A stretch of 64,000 bases of DNA from Alphaproteobacteria bacterium (lineage in GTDB: Bacteria; Pseudomonadota; Alphaproteobacteria; UBA828). Positions 36,581 to 47,022 of the stretch are shown here, piece by piece; position 1 is the stretch's first letter, and each line of letters opens with the position of its first letter. The notes under the pieces are model-generated. The model had not been told where the DNA came from, ran no database searches, and was given only the letters and a program-made list of their open reading frames with translations. Made by a program: the position numbers and the translations under genes. Location: assembly GCA_965221125.1 (NCBI GenBank), contig CBDCRW010000004.1, positions 640,001 through 704,000 on the forward strand, written 5' to 3'.

Positions 36581-36944
36581 CCCCGACATGCGCGAGCCGG
36601 CGCACGCGATGGTGTGCTGGACCGAGGGCGGACGGGTCGAGGGCGGAACCGGGATGGCGATCCGCCTTGCCAGGCACTACCGGATCCCGATTGTCAACCT
36701 TGCCGGAATGGACATGCGCGAGGCGATGGATCGCCTGGACCGAATCGGGCAGTCGCGCGACAGCCCTGACCTGGAGCAGGAGCTTGCGACTTCGGGCGGA
36801 TCCGAGGGCGAAACCCCGTCCGTGACACCGGCGCGGTCCCAGCGCGACAAGAGGGACGAGGACTGGTGGTTGGCCGAAGGCGTGCAGCAGGCGCGGACCG
36901 AAGAGCCACGAAAGATGACCCGGCAGCACTCACTGCATCTCTGA
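36581..36944 (+). pseudogene. 3' fragment of a SLOG-domain protein, truncated at the transposon end
   Basis: HAMVCWTEGGRVEGGTGMAIRLARHYRIPIVNL aligns with the C-terminal part of 12245-12781. Confidence 0.75.
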
Positions 36945-37050
36945 CGCGAGCGGGGGTGCCCGTGAGGGAACGGCCCTGGACGCTTCTCTTCTTCGACAAA
37001 TGTCCCGTTAGGTGCTGCGGCTCCCCTTCCCCGCAAATCGTCACCCATAG

Positions 37051-38663
37051 CCCGAATTATTCATGGCAGGTCTGGTTTTGGGGTGGCGGACGTAGCGTAA
37101 GTCGTTGCCATCGGGTAGGAATTCGTTGCCGAGGCGTCTTCCTCTCCGAACAACGAAAATGCCACGCCCGCCATGACCGACGATAGTCTTCTTCCCTTCG
37201 ATCTGCCAAGCGTCCAACGCAAGAAGGTGAGCGCCGCCTTCGACGGCGGCCTGATCTCGTCTGACGGCGGCCTCGTCCTGCTTCGTGAGGCGGAACGCAG
37301 CTTGCGCCTGGCCGAGACCCTGGCCGGCTGCATCCGCGACCGGCGCAAGCAGGCGCAGGTGATCCACTCGCTCTCGGCCATGCTGCGCTTCCGCATGTTC
37401 GCCATTGCGTGTGGCTACGAAGATGCCGACGACTGCGACGCGCTGCGCGCGGACCCTCTGTTCAAGCTGGCCTCAGGCAAGGCGCCGGAGAGCGGCCGCG
37501 CACTCTGCTCCCAGCCGACCATGAGCCGCCTGGAGAACGCGCCGTCTCGTATCGAGGTGGCGCGCATGACGGCGGCGCTGGTCGATCTCTTCTGCCGCAG
37601 CTTCCAAGCCCCTCCCGCCGCCATAACCCTTGACATCGACGACACCTGCGATGCGGTGCACGGCCACCAGCAGCTCTCGCTCTTCAACGCTCATTACGAC
37701 ACGCGCTGCTTCCTGCCCGTCCACGTCTACCATGTGGAAAGCGGCAAGCCGGTGGCGGTCCTCCTGCGCCCGGGCAAGACGCCGTCGGGCCCTGAGGTCC
37801 GCACCCTCATCAAGCATCTGGTCCGCCGCATCCGCCGCCACTGGCCGCACACCCGGATCGTCTTCCGCGGAGACAGCCACTACGGCCGCCCGGAAGCCAT
37901 GGCCTGGTGCGAGGAGAACGGGGTCGACTACATCTTCGGCCTCGCGGGCAACCGCGCGCTGCACGCGCTCGCATACGAGATGGCCGACGATCTCAAGGTG
38001 CGCCGCGCCAAGGCCGGCGCAGACAGGATGCGCAGCTTCACCGCCTTCGACTACGCCGCCCGCTCCTGGAGCTGCGAACGCCGGGTCGTCGCCCGGCTCG
38101 AGGCGAGCACCCGCGGCTTCGATGCCCGCTATGTCGTCACCTCACTCAAGGGCGAGCCCCGCCATCTCTACGAAGACATCTACTGCGCCCGCGGCCAGGC
38201 CGAGAACCTGATCAAGATGCACAAGGGCCAGCTCGCCTCGGACCGCACCTCCTGCCAGAGCCCGCTCGCCAATCAGCTCAGGCTGGTCCTCCACACCGCA
38301 GCCTACTGGCTCATGCTCGCGCTGCGCGACGCCATTCCCCGCGCCGCGCCGCTCGCCCGTGCAGAGTTTGCAACCCTCAGGCTGCGCCTCCTCAAGATCG
38401 GTGCCCGCGTCATCGAGAAGGCCACCCGCATCCGCATCCACTTCGCCTCGGCCTGCCCCGACGCCGCCCTCTTCCGCCTGCTCGCAGGCCGCCTCGCCGC
38501 AGCAGGCCCATGAGCGACGGGGCGGCGTGCCCCAATCACCCAGGCTCCATAAACCATCAACCCGATAACGACCATCCTCAGTTCCCGACGCCAAACCGCG
38601 TCAGGCCCCGACGCGCCCAATCAACCGAGCATCAAGTGCAAGGCAGTCCATGAATAGGTCGGG
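37051..38663 (+). mobile_element. IS1380-family insertion sequence
   Basis: IRs CCCGAATTATTCATGG / CCATGAATAGGTCGGG; 4-bp target duplication ATAG (37047-37050, 38664-38667). Confidence 0.93.
37173..38513 (+). CDS. IS1380-family transposase
   Basis: FDGGLISSDGG, SQPTMSRLEN, LDID, RGDS, YCARGQAENLIK. Confidence 0.95.
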   Translation: MTDDSLLPFDLPSVQRKKVSAAFDGGLISSDGGLVLLREAERSLRLAETLAGCIRDRRKQAQVIHSLSAMLRFRMFAIACGYEDADDCDALRADPLFKLASGKAPESGRALCSQPTMSRLENAPSRIEVARMTAALVDLFCRSFQAPPAAITLDIDDTCDAVHGHQQLSLFNAHYDTRCFLPVHVYHVESGKPVAVLLRPGKTPSGPEVRTLIKHLVRRIRRHWPHTRIVFRGDSHYGRPEAMAWCEENGVDYIFGLAGNRALHALAYEMADDLKVRRAKAGADRMRSFTAFDYAARSWSCERRVVARLEASTRGFDARYVVTSLKGEPRHLYEDIYCARGQAENLIKMHKGQLASDRTSCQSPLANQLRLVLHTAAYWLMLALRDAIPRAAPLARAEFATLRLRLLKIGARVIEKATRIRIHFASACPDAALFRLLAGRLAAAGP

Positions 38664-38731
38664 ATAGAGACTTAAGGATCCCTGACGAGGTTTATGTCCC
38701 GTTGAAGCTGACTTCCCGACAAATTGCGTCC

Positions 38732-39385
38732 TCAGCGCCCCAACTTTGTCTTAGCAAACTCTATCGTTGCGCGTGACAGGGCTGCGTATTCGTTACGCGC
38801 CTCCGCCTCGTCGCAGATCTCTTCCCAAAGCAGTCTCTTTAGTTCTCCATTGTTACAGCGCTCTGCTGTATCAACAAGACTCAACAAACTCGCTTGCCTC
38901 TCGGCACGCTTTTCGACAAGCTCCGGTCGATTGAGTTCCAGCAAACGTTCGGTTAGGGCCGCGGCGTCACTTCCTGGCTTTGGGCGCATAATCGGACCAA
39001 GATGCCAAAACTGCTCCTCAGGGTCGACCAAATAGGGATCGACGAATGTTTGTTCATCCACGGGGGTATTGGACTTGTTTGTATTGCACACATCGCATGC
39101 CAACGTTAGATTATTCCAACTAAACCATTTTGACGGTTCATCAGACTTAGGAACTACATGCTCAATATCTCCATAGCTTATGTGCCTAAGTTTACTTTCA
39201 CAGTACGCGCACTTCCCGAAGGTCTCCAAAACTAACGCCTCCTTGACCTCGGGGTGATTGTAACGGCCTTTTTCTGTCTTTGTGGGCACCAATCCGGCGT
39301 TGATCTTGTTAACGACTATATTTGTCCAACGTAGTGCGTTTTGCGACAGTACACCCGGCTCCTCGCCCTTTTCCAGCTTAATCAT
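38732..39385 (-). CDS. HNH endonuclease, PtuB-like (Septu-type)
   Basis: MIKL..., CAYCE, DIEHVVPKS, WNNLTLACDVCNTNK; ATGA overlap with the ATPase. Confidence 0.88.
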   Translation of the reverse strand: MIKLEKGEEPGVLSQNALRWTNIVVNKINAGLVPTKTEKGRYNHPEVKEALVLETFGKCAYCESKLRHISYGDIEHVVPKSDEPSKWFSWNNLTLACDVCNTNKSNTPVDEQTFVDPYLVDPEEQFWHLGPIMRPKPGSDAAALTERLLELNRPELVEKRAERQASLLSLVDTAERCNNGELKRLLWEEICDEAEARNEYAALSRATIEFAKTKLGR

Positions 39386-40683
39386 TGCCCCTCCGTCAGC
39401 GCCGCGAGAGCTTCCGGATAGTGGACTTCGTACCCTAAACCGCGAAGTTCCTCCCGAAGTGTTGACAGGGTCTCTCTCGTTATCTCTCTCTGCCGGTACC
39501 GAGCTACGATGTTGGCGAGCTCCACCTCCACCCATTCTGGCATTGTCGCCTTCACTCCTAAAACCTCACGCAATACTGAATTAGCGCTGCCTGCCCTGTT
39601 AACAGTATCTAGTTCTTGGCTGACGACCCGACTGGATTCCGAAGCCTGGATCTGTTCACCGCCTTCGACATCTCCAGTCTCAGTATGAACGTATTGAAGA
39701 ACGTATACGCTCGAATCGCTGACCGAGGAAACCATAAATGGACTATGCGTCGCGATGATAAACTGCGCCTTAGGGAAAGTCTTCAACAGTCTACTCATGA
39801 CTGTTCGTTGCATCGTTGGGTGCAGATGGTTTTCTGGTTCATCAAAGGTGACTACAAACTCCTGGTGCTGCTGGGAAAACAGGTACAATCGCCAAGTTAG
39901 ATCGATGAGTGTCATTACGCCACCGGAAGCGGCGTCGATGATGAACTCGCCTGACTTGGTTACGAGAACAACCTCGGGAGGCCGCACTGAGACTTCGAGA
40001 AAGCCGAGCGATTCTGGCAACATAGATTGAAGAGCCTTAACAAATCCCTGATAGGCACTCAGGACTTGTTGGTTGCCCTGTACTTGACTATTGCCTTCGC
40101 CAAACATTGCCATCGCAATAATGGCTTCTTTCATTCTATAAGTAGGACTGTACCCCGTATGATTGCCTTGGTATCTATTGACAACCTCGCTGTTGTAAAT
40201 GTTATACGCTGTTTGCGGTGTGATGATATTTGTTGGAATCTGAGCGACCTGTTGGAAATGGGAGATGGGAGCATGTGAATCGATATGGATGCCAGGGACG
40301 TTCTGCTGTTGGTGTATTGCGACATTGTAGGAAACCGACGTTTCTTTTTGTACTTGTAGCTCAGACTGTACTCCGTTCGTGTAAGTAAGGGTTCCGACGT
40401 TAGACATATCTGAAGTTGTAGTCCATAGCCTCCGCCACAAATTCGCAATGGTATCTGTGAAAAGTCCCGCCAAGTAGGAATATTGACCGTCGGGTTGCCG
40501 AATGGGTGTGGCCAAAAACGGTTGATTAACACCAAAATGACTATGGAGTATCCTTAGAAGAGAACTCTTTCCAGCCCCGTTTGCGCCCGTTAACACGGTC
40601 AGTCGGGGGTGAAAAGAAATATCTACATGGCCGAACTGCCGCCAGCCTTGAATTTGTATCGAGGCAAATTTTGTGAAGCTCAT
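39382..40683 (-). CDS. ABC-type ATPase, PtuA-like (Septu-type)
   Basis: GANGAGKS, ASGG, DEPENHLHP, ATHSP; lower GC. Confidence 0.88.
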   Translation of the reverse strand: MSFTKFASIQIQGWRQFGHVDISFHPRLTVLTGANGAGKSSLLRILHSHFGVNQPFLATPIRQPDGQYSYLAGLFTDTIANLWRRLWTTTSDMSNVGTLTYTNGVQSELQVQKETSVSYNVAIHQQQNVPGIHIDSHAPISHFQQVAQIPTNIITPQTAYNIYNSEVVNRYQGNHTGYSPTYRMKEAIIAMAMFGEGNSQVQGNQQVLSAYQGFVKALQSMLPESLGFLEVSVRPPEVVLVTKSGEFIIDAASGGVMTLIDLTWRLYLFSQQHQEFVVTFDEPENHLHPTMQRTVMSRLLKTFPKAQFIIATHSPFMVSSVSDSSVYVLQYVHTETGDVEGGEQIQASESSRVVSQELDTVNRAGSANSVLREVLGVKATMPEWVEVELANIVARYRQREITRETLSTLREELRGLGYEVHYPEALAALTEGQ

Positions 40684-41447
40684 GAAACAAACTCCTGAAG
40701 CAGGTTTTTCTGTTTCGATGGGACCAATTGTACAGGCAAGTGTTTCGTCACAAAATCAACGAGCTGCCAAAGTCCGCGCTGTTGGGTCGAGAAATAGAGA
40801 GTCTGTCACTAGTGTTGGAGATGTAGTCATTGTGGATCGCTTCATGACAGAGTGTTTGATGCGTCTTAGAATAGCGGATGAATCCGTTCCGACTATTGGC
40901 TGCGAAGTTGAAGGAGCACGTTTTCAAAATATCTAACCTCGGCTCGGCTCATTCAATGGCACGCATCAGTCAGTGCGCGGGGGGTTGGTGCCACAAAGTG
41001 AAGGTCGTGCGCCTTTGCTTGAAGGATGTACGGACGATTGACCAGCTGATTCACGAGGTTCGCATTTTCTCTCACCGTTGCGCGGCACTTCGTTCCAGGG
41101 AATTCATGAGGGGCGCGCGTTGGCCCACGCAGAGCGCTGCACATCTGGGACGAGGTCCAGAACTTCTTACCGGAAGCGGTTGGAACTCATCATAGCTTCG
41201 TTCGCATCCGCCGCAACGGGGCCGCGGCATTCACCTTCTACGGCTCGGCTTTTGTGGGGGTCTTGGGCGGCGTCGCGCGCAATTCTGGCGCAGGTCGGGG
41301 CCGTGCGCATGGGCGGGGGCCGCGAAGGAAGACGGCAGGGCGGCTATACATGACCGGCGGACTGGGGTCGTCAAGCCTCGCACAACATTCCGTGAGAAGG
41401 CCATCGCGCCAGCGTGCCTGGAGGTATCCACTATGTTTGGCGAACCC

Positions 41448-44400
41448 CTACAGGTTTCGTGTCGGCCCCCTGTCGCGGCTCTGCAACTGCGTCCGGTGCT
41501 CGGCGGAGAACCCCTCCATGCGGGACACAGCGTCTCGCAGCTGCCGCCGGGCGTCCTCCATGCGGTCGAGGTGGACGCCGTAAGTTCCGGGATCGTCGAG
41601 GATCGCCCTGCCCGCTTGTAGCAGCCGCTCGTTGCGCTCCAGCCAGTCACGGAACGGACGTAGCGTCTGGGGCGCGACGTCGCGATCGTGGGCGCGTCGG
41701 TAGATGCTGTCGTAGCGCTGCCAGTGCCTGTCGGCTTCCTCCAGCCAGGCCTCGAGGCGGGCGCCCGCTTCGAGATGGCGGGTGTAGCGCTGCACGAGGG
41801 CCCGGAGCCGCCGGCGCGGTTCGGCGGGCAGGTTCTCGTTCCCCGCGAACGCGTCGATGCGCCGGATGAGCGCGGCCGCCCCGTCGAGATCGAACGGGGA
41901 CATGCCGGACCGCTCCGCGCGGGCGGCATGACGCTGCCAGTCGATGCGCAGTTGCCGGTATGCGTCTTCCAAATGCTCCCGCGACGGAGAGGCATCGGGC
42001 TCGGCGGAGTTGGGCCGAACCGGGCGCGGCTCCTGCTCGCCCGGCTGCTGTGCTTCCGCGACATGCTCCGTCGGGCGGGCGGGCGTCTCGACGGGGACGT
42101 CGGCCTTCGCGAGCTCCTGCGACCGTTCCGTGTCGGTCTGCCGCTCACGCGCCGCCTTCCCGACGACGGAGCGGCGGTAGCTGCCGGCCCGGGCATGGAC
42201 GTTGTGCAGCTCTTGCAGCTCGCTTTCGCCGATACCGGCGCGCTCGGCCAGCAGGCGCTCATACACCTGCGGTCTGGTACGGAACATTCTTGCCTGTTTC
42301 ATCAGCGCGCCGTGTCTGTCCAGGGTCTCCCGGAAAGCCGGGCTCAACGCCACCGCGTCGCCCTCGTCACGGGTGCGCTCCCGGAGCTCATCCCACGCGG
42401 CCAAAACCTCGGCGCGCTCGGCCGCGAACGCGTCGATCGCCGCGCCGTGGCGCCAGCCGTTGACCGCATGGCGGATTTCCTGGGCGATGCGGATCAGCGC
42501 GTTGTCGTTCGCAGCGGCATGGGCCTCGGCTGTCCCTTGCCTCGCCTCTCCGGCGCCGCGCCCGTGATGCTGCGCGTTCTCCCGCGCATTCCGCCACATG
42601 CCGTCGGAGACGTAATCGAGCGCCGCCTCCTTGGGCTGGGAGCGCGACCAGCGCTCGGCCAGATAGGCCCGGACGTCGCTGTCCAGCACCGGCCGCTCCG
42701 CCTCGTCCTCGGGCCTGTGCTCGGCGATGTCGAAGGCGAGCGGCGCACGGTTGACATAGACGTCGATCCCCTCGCGATGCCGGGTCGCCGCGGGATAGAT
42801 GGTTTCCCGCGCCGGCCTTTCGTCTGCGAGCAGGAAGGCACGATCCACGGTCAGCCCCTGGGCCGAGGCGATGGTCATAGCGTAGCCGTAGTCCAGGCGG
42901 ATGTTGTCGTGCCAGTCGCGGATCTCGTCATGGCGGAACGCGACGTGCCTGCCGTCGTCGGTCCGGGCCGTGATATGGACGGAATACTCGGGCTCGGGAG
43001 CGCCGCTGTCCGGCTCAGGCGTTCGTCCGCCGGTTTGCCGGTTCCGGGCCTTGCGCGACACCGCCGCGTCTTTGGCGCGCTTCACTTCGAGGTCCTCCAC
43101 TGTGACCACGGTGCCGTTGAAGAGCTGCTTCTCCCACTGCGTGGCGCCGATGCGGATGCGGTCTCCGACCGCGATCTCGAGCGGCTCCGTCAGGCGCCCG
43201 TCCAGGTCCCGGCTCACCTCGATGACGGCGCGCTTCGCGTCGGGTGTGCGGGCAAGAACCCGTTGCCGCATCAGCCACGACAGCGCCCGGCCCTCCGCCT
43301 TCGTGCGCGCGAGCACGACGGTGGATGTGCCGGGCTGTGCGCGCACATGGCGCTCCCAGTCGTCCACCAGACGGGTCAGCGTCTTTTCCTCGTCGTGACA
43401 GAGGTGGAGGCGGCCCCGCACATGCCATGCCTCGATCGCCTTCTCCGCCTCCCCGTCCCTGAGCGCTTCCGAGACCGTCACCTGCCACGGCGTGAACAGG
43501 GGCTTGCGATCCATCGCCTCGTAGGCGGCGAGGATGGCATCACGTTCCTGCGGGTTCGTCAGCCCCGCCCGGAAGCGCGCCTGCTCCGGTGTCTCCTTGT
43601 GCACATGGACCAGCACGTCCTCGAGGTCCGCCTTCTGGCGCCTGATGCGGTCGACGCGGACGCTGCCGGCGACGTCGCGGATGAGTCTCAATCCCGGTCC
43701 CGCCTCCACCGGTTGCTGCTGCCGTGTGTCGCCGGCGAACACCACCTTCGCACCGTGGCGCTCGGAGAGCTGGAGAATGTGGTGCGCCTGCCGGGTCGAC
43801 AGCATCCCCGCCTCGTCCACCACGATCAGCGTGCGCTTGCCGATCTCGACCTGCTCCTTGGCCGCGAGCTTCAGCAGCTTGTCGACGCAATAGGCGCGCG
43901 CGTCGCAGTCGTCGCCCAGCGCCACCGCCGTGCGCCAGGCCACGGCCGTCGGCACGATCTCGTAGCCGTGCTCCTTGTGAAGATCCGTGATGGGCCTGAG
44001 CGTGGTGGTCTTGCCCGAGCCCGCCGCGCCCTCGATCACCGCCACGCGGCCGCCCTTTATTGTCGCATGACGGATCGCCAGCGACTGCTCCTGGCTCAGC
44101 GGATATCCCTGCTCCAACAGGGTCTCCACCTTCTCCTTGACCGCCTCTTCCGGCAGGCCGTGGCCGGTATCGGCGGTCATGGCTGCCGTCATGTCCTTGA
44201 CCGCCTGTTCCAGTTCGAGGTTGTGACGGGTGGAATAGACCTCGGTGTGGACCATGCCCGCCCTGGACTCGGCCGTGGGCTTCTTGGGCTCCAGCTGCTC
44301 GATCTCCGGGTTGCGGCGAAGCCGCTCAATGGAAGTCTTCAGCGCTTCGGGACCGATCAGGCCTGCCGCCGCATTCGCCGCCGCCTCCACCATGTCCGGG

Positions 44401-45431
44401 CGGCGGAACACCGCTTCCTCGCGGGCTAGGTGGGCAGGAAGATCGTCGAGCCGGGCCGTCAGCTCCCGGATGGCCTCGCGGCCGATCTCCACGTCGTTGC
44501 CGGTAATGGCGGCGATCAGCTCCTCGCGTTCGACGAAGCCGTCGGCCTCGCCCATCCAGCGCCGGTGCCTGACCTCGGGGTCGTTGTCGTGCGATTTGCC
44601 GGCACGGGTCAGCTTGTTGACGCCGGCCATGCGAGAGGCATTGCCGAGCGAGGGAATGCCCAGCTCACCGGCCTTAGCGACGATCGCCTTGCGACGCTTC
44701 GACCAGAATACCTGCAGGTCCTCCGGCATGCCCTCGATTCGGGTGAACCCGTTGTTGGGACCGTACTGCTCCATGCGGATTCCCAGGCGCTCACGGAGGT
44801 TCCAGGCAAGCGCATTGCGGTAGATCGCGCCCGCAGCCTTGGCCCAGCTGTAGACCGGGTACTGGTGCATGGCCCGCCACTTGCCGTCCTCGTGGGTGCG
44901 GGCCGCGTTGAAGATCACGCAGTGGGTATGAAGCTGCGGGTCGTTGTCCCGGCTGGTGCCGTGCTGGAACATCGCCACCGAGATATCGGCAGGCAGGACC
45001 CTGATGCGCCCCTCCTCGTCCCGGATCCGGGTCCAGGCGCAGTAGCGGAACACGGTCTCTTCCAGAGCCACCCGCGCGGCGTCGTTGTGCGCCTTCTCGA
45101 TCTCACCGCGCAGCTCGGGATCGGCAAGGGCCCAGAGCGTGGACACGCTCTTGTCGGCCGAGAAGGTCATGTCCACGCCGGGCGAGCGCGTCTCGCTGCC
45201 CGCGTTCCTGGTGAGCCTGGTGGAGCCGTCAGGCGCGAAGCCGTTGTAGAGCTTCTGGAAGTCGCTGCTGTCGACCTTGCCGCCGTTCTCCAGCCCGAGC
45301 AGGCTATTGGGGTTGAACCACACCCCGTCCGGCTCTTCGCCTGCCGTGTAGTACTCGTTCGGATGACGGAACGAGCGCTGGCTCTCCAGGTAGTAGGAGG
45401 CCGAGGCGGCCTGGGCGAGGGTGGTTACCAT
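41448..45431 (-). CDS. MOBF relaxase-helicase (TrwC/TraI-like)
   Basis: N-terminal YY...YY, DMTFSADKS, HGTSRDNDPQLHTH (HUH), GAAGSGKT, DEAG, YAMT..AQG. Confidence 0.95.
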   Translation of the reverse strand: MVTTLAQAASASYYLESQRSFRHPNEYYTAGEEPDGVWFNPNSLLGLENGGKVDSSDFQKLYNGFAPDGSTRLTRNAGSETRSPGVDMTFSADKSVSTLWALADPELRGEIEKAHNDAARVALEETVFRYCAWTRIRDEEGRIRVLPADISVAMFQHGTSRDNDPQLHTHCVIFNAARTHEDGKWRAMHQYPVYSWAKAAGAIYRNALAWNLRERLGIRMEQYGPNNGFTRIEGMPEDLQVFWSKRRKAIVAKAGELGIPSLGNASRMAGVNKLTRAGKSHDNDPEVRHRRWMGEADGFVEREELIAAITGNDVEIGREAIRELTARLDDLPAHLAREEAVFRRPDMVEAAANAAAGLIGPEALKTSIERLRRNPEIEQLEPKKPTAESRAGMVHTEVYSTRHNLELEQAVKDMTAAMTADTGHGLPEEAVKEKVETLLEQGYPLSQEQSLAIRHATIKGGRVAVIEGAAGSGKTTTLRPITDLHKEHGYEIVPTAVAWRTAVALGDDCDARAYCVDKLLKLAAKEQVEIGKRTLIVVDEAGMLSTRQAHHILQLSERHGAKVVFAGDTRQQQPVEAGPGLRLIRDVAGSVRVDRIRRQKADLEDVLVHVHKETPEQARFRAGLTNPQERDAILAAYEAMDRKPLFTPWQVTVSEALRDGEAEKAIEAWHVRGRLHLCHDEEKTLTRLVDDWERHVRAQPGTSTVVLARTKAEGRALSWLMRQRVLARTPDAKRAVIEVSRDLDGRLTEPLEIAVGDRIRIGATQWEKQLFNGTVVTVEDLEVKRAKDAAVSRKARNRQTGGRTPEPDSGAPEPEYSVHITARTDDGRHVAFRHDEIRDWHDNIRLDYGYAMTIASAQGLTVDRAFLLADERPARETIYPAATRHREGIDVYVNRAPLAFDIAEHRPEDEAERPVLDSDVRAYLAERWSRSQPKEAALDYVSDGMWRNARENAQHHGRGAGEARQGTAEAHAAANDNALIRIAQEIRHAVNGWRHGAAIDAFAAERAEVLAAWDELRERTRDEGDAVALSPAFRETLDRHGALMKQARMFRTRPQVYERLLAERAGIGESELQELHNVHARAGSYRRSVVGKAARERQTDTERSQELAKADVPVETPARPTEHVAEAQQPGEQEPRPVRPNSAEPDASPSREHLEDAYRQLRIDWQRHAARAERSGMSPFDLDGAAALIRRIDAFAGNENLPAEPRRRLRALVQRYTRHLEAGARLEAWLEEADRHWQRYDSIYRRAHDRDVAPQTLRPFRDWLERNERLLQAGRAILDDPGTYGVHLDRMEDARRQLRDAVSRMEGFSAEHRTQLQSRDRGPTRNL

Positions 45432-45573
45432 GGTGCGGCGGCCGTGCTTGCCCGCAGAAACACGGCAGCGAGTGCCGATGGCGCAATCCTCATAGGCTTC
45501 ATATCGTCACACAATGGATTCGTGACATCCATCAGCCGTCGACTGTACCATCGGTCATTCTTCTCGGCAATCC

Positions 45574-45598
45574 GCACTTTAGTGCATAGGTGTGACAC
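45574..45598 (+). promoter_or_regulatory. Candidate MOBF oriT nic site
   Basis: GCAC-TTTA-GTGC hairpin followed by ATAGGTGT^GACAC, resembling MOBF nic sites, between divergent relaxase and accessory genes. Confidence 0.55.
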
Positions 45599-45792
45599 GT
45601 TTCTTTCGCTGTTATGTGGTTTCCATTGGAGAGACTCCGCGCAAGGCGAGGCTTCCACGGCAGGGACGGGGAGAGATCGCACCGGGTGGGGCCCCATCGC
45701 AGGGACCGAACGAGGCGTCCGTTGACATGGTGGGGTGGTCGGGCGATCTTGCGACACACCAGATGTAGTGGTCGGAAGAGGACGGAGACACA

Positions 45793-46098
45793 ATGGCGGC
45801 AAGACGCTTCAACGAGACGGATATCGACTTCGATGGCATCGACGGCGACCTGGCGAAGCTGGCGCCGCCGAAGCTGAGCCTGAAGGACGTCCTGGACCGT
45901 CTGCGAGACCGCATGGTCGAGCAACGGTCCAAGGGCGTCACGGTGGCGCAGATGCACGAAGTGCTGAAGGCACGAGGCATCGAGATCGGGGAGAGAAGCC
46001 TGAAGGCCTTCCTCGACAAGGGCGAGCTGCCGGGACGGAAGGCCGCGAAGTCCGTGGCGAATGCCACGGCTTCGGGGGAAGGCGGGGACCCGTTCTGA
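45793..46098 (+). CDS. Probable relaxosome accessory (mobilization) protein
   Basis: GGAGA RBS; small helical protein divergent from the relaxase across the oriT region. Confidence 0.6.
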   Translation: MAARRFNETDIDFDGIDGDLAKLAPPKLSLKDVLDRLRDRMVEQRSKGVTVAQMHEVLKARGIEIGERSLKAFLDKGELPGRKAAKSVANATASGEGGDPF

Positions 46099-46957
46099 AC
46101 GCGCAGGCGCGAAGCGCCGGGCGCGGGAGGGCGATATCGCTCGAAGAGCGATGAGCCGTGGCCGATGTCGGGAAAGAGGGTGAGCAACGGCGAAGGCGCG
46201 TCAGCGCCGAGCCTGTTGCGAGGCTGTAGCGGACCGCGAGCCGCCGAAAGGCGGCGAGAGAGGCAGGAGCGGCGGCGGAGCGAAGCGACGCACCGCGATG
46301 CGCGGATCCACGGAGGAGAGAAGAGCCGCCGGCGAGGGGAGCGGAGCGACCGAGCCACCGCGGCGGCCGTGCACGGGTCTGGCTGCCCGCACCCGCAAGC
46401 GTAGCGCGCAGCGACCGAAGGGAGCGCAGGCGCCAGGGATCGTCACCGGAACGGCGAAGACCGCGCAGCGGGCTTCGTGGAGCCGGGCGGGGCGAAGCCG
46501 CGCCCGGCGGAATAGAGCCCGGCGACCGGTCCGTAGGACCGGGCGGGCGCCCTTACCTTCCGAGCAGAACAGCGGGTGACAAAGGGCCATCATCGGGCAC
46601 GGTCGAGGATGACCAACAGGCTAAGGGCATCGAAAATTCACCGAACGGGACTCGGAGCGATCGCTTGGTGGCGGCGTCGAATGCGATGACGGAAAGAACC
46701 AAGAGGATGGAATGGAAGGCGTCGGCGCGCGAAGCACGGCGGCGATGAGCCGTCCGCAGGACGGCGAGGCGAAGCGCTGAGGATGGAGGGCCGAAGCTGG
46801 GAAGGAAGGAGACCGGCGAGCGTCCGGCGACGGCGCGTCGGCGCCGAGCCGGACGCGAGGCCCGGTCGGGCGGAGCGAGGCGGGATGGCGGCGCCGGGAG
46901 CGCGAGCGGCAGCGGCGCGAAGCGCCGCGCCGCGACGCGCGACACTTGGCACGGAGC

Positions 46958-46998
46958 AAAAGGGGGGCCGATCCCTCGCCGAAGCGAGGAACCGGCCC
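46958..46998 (-). terminator. Rho-independent terminator after the DUF2493 fragment
   Basis: GGGCCG..CCTCGC/GCGAGG..CGGCCC stem with TTCG loop and T tract on the minus strand. Confidence 0.6.
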
Positions 46999-47022
46999 TG
47001 AAGGGTCGCGGAAGCGCCGTCG

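Noticed and set aside
40690-41200. Retron (reverse transcriptase plus msr-msd) upstream of the ATPase/HNH pair
   Set aside because: No reverse-transcriptase motif (YxDD) ORF and no clear flanking inverted repeats were found.
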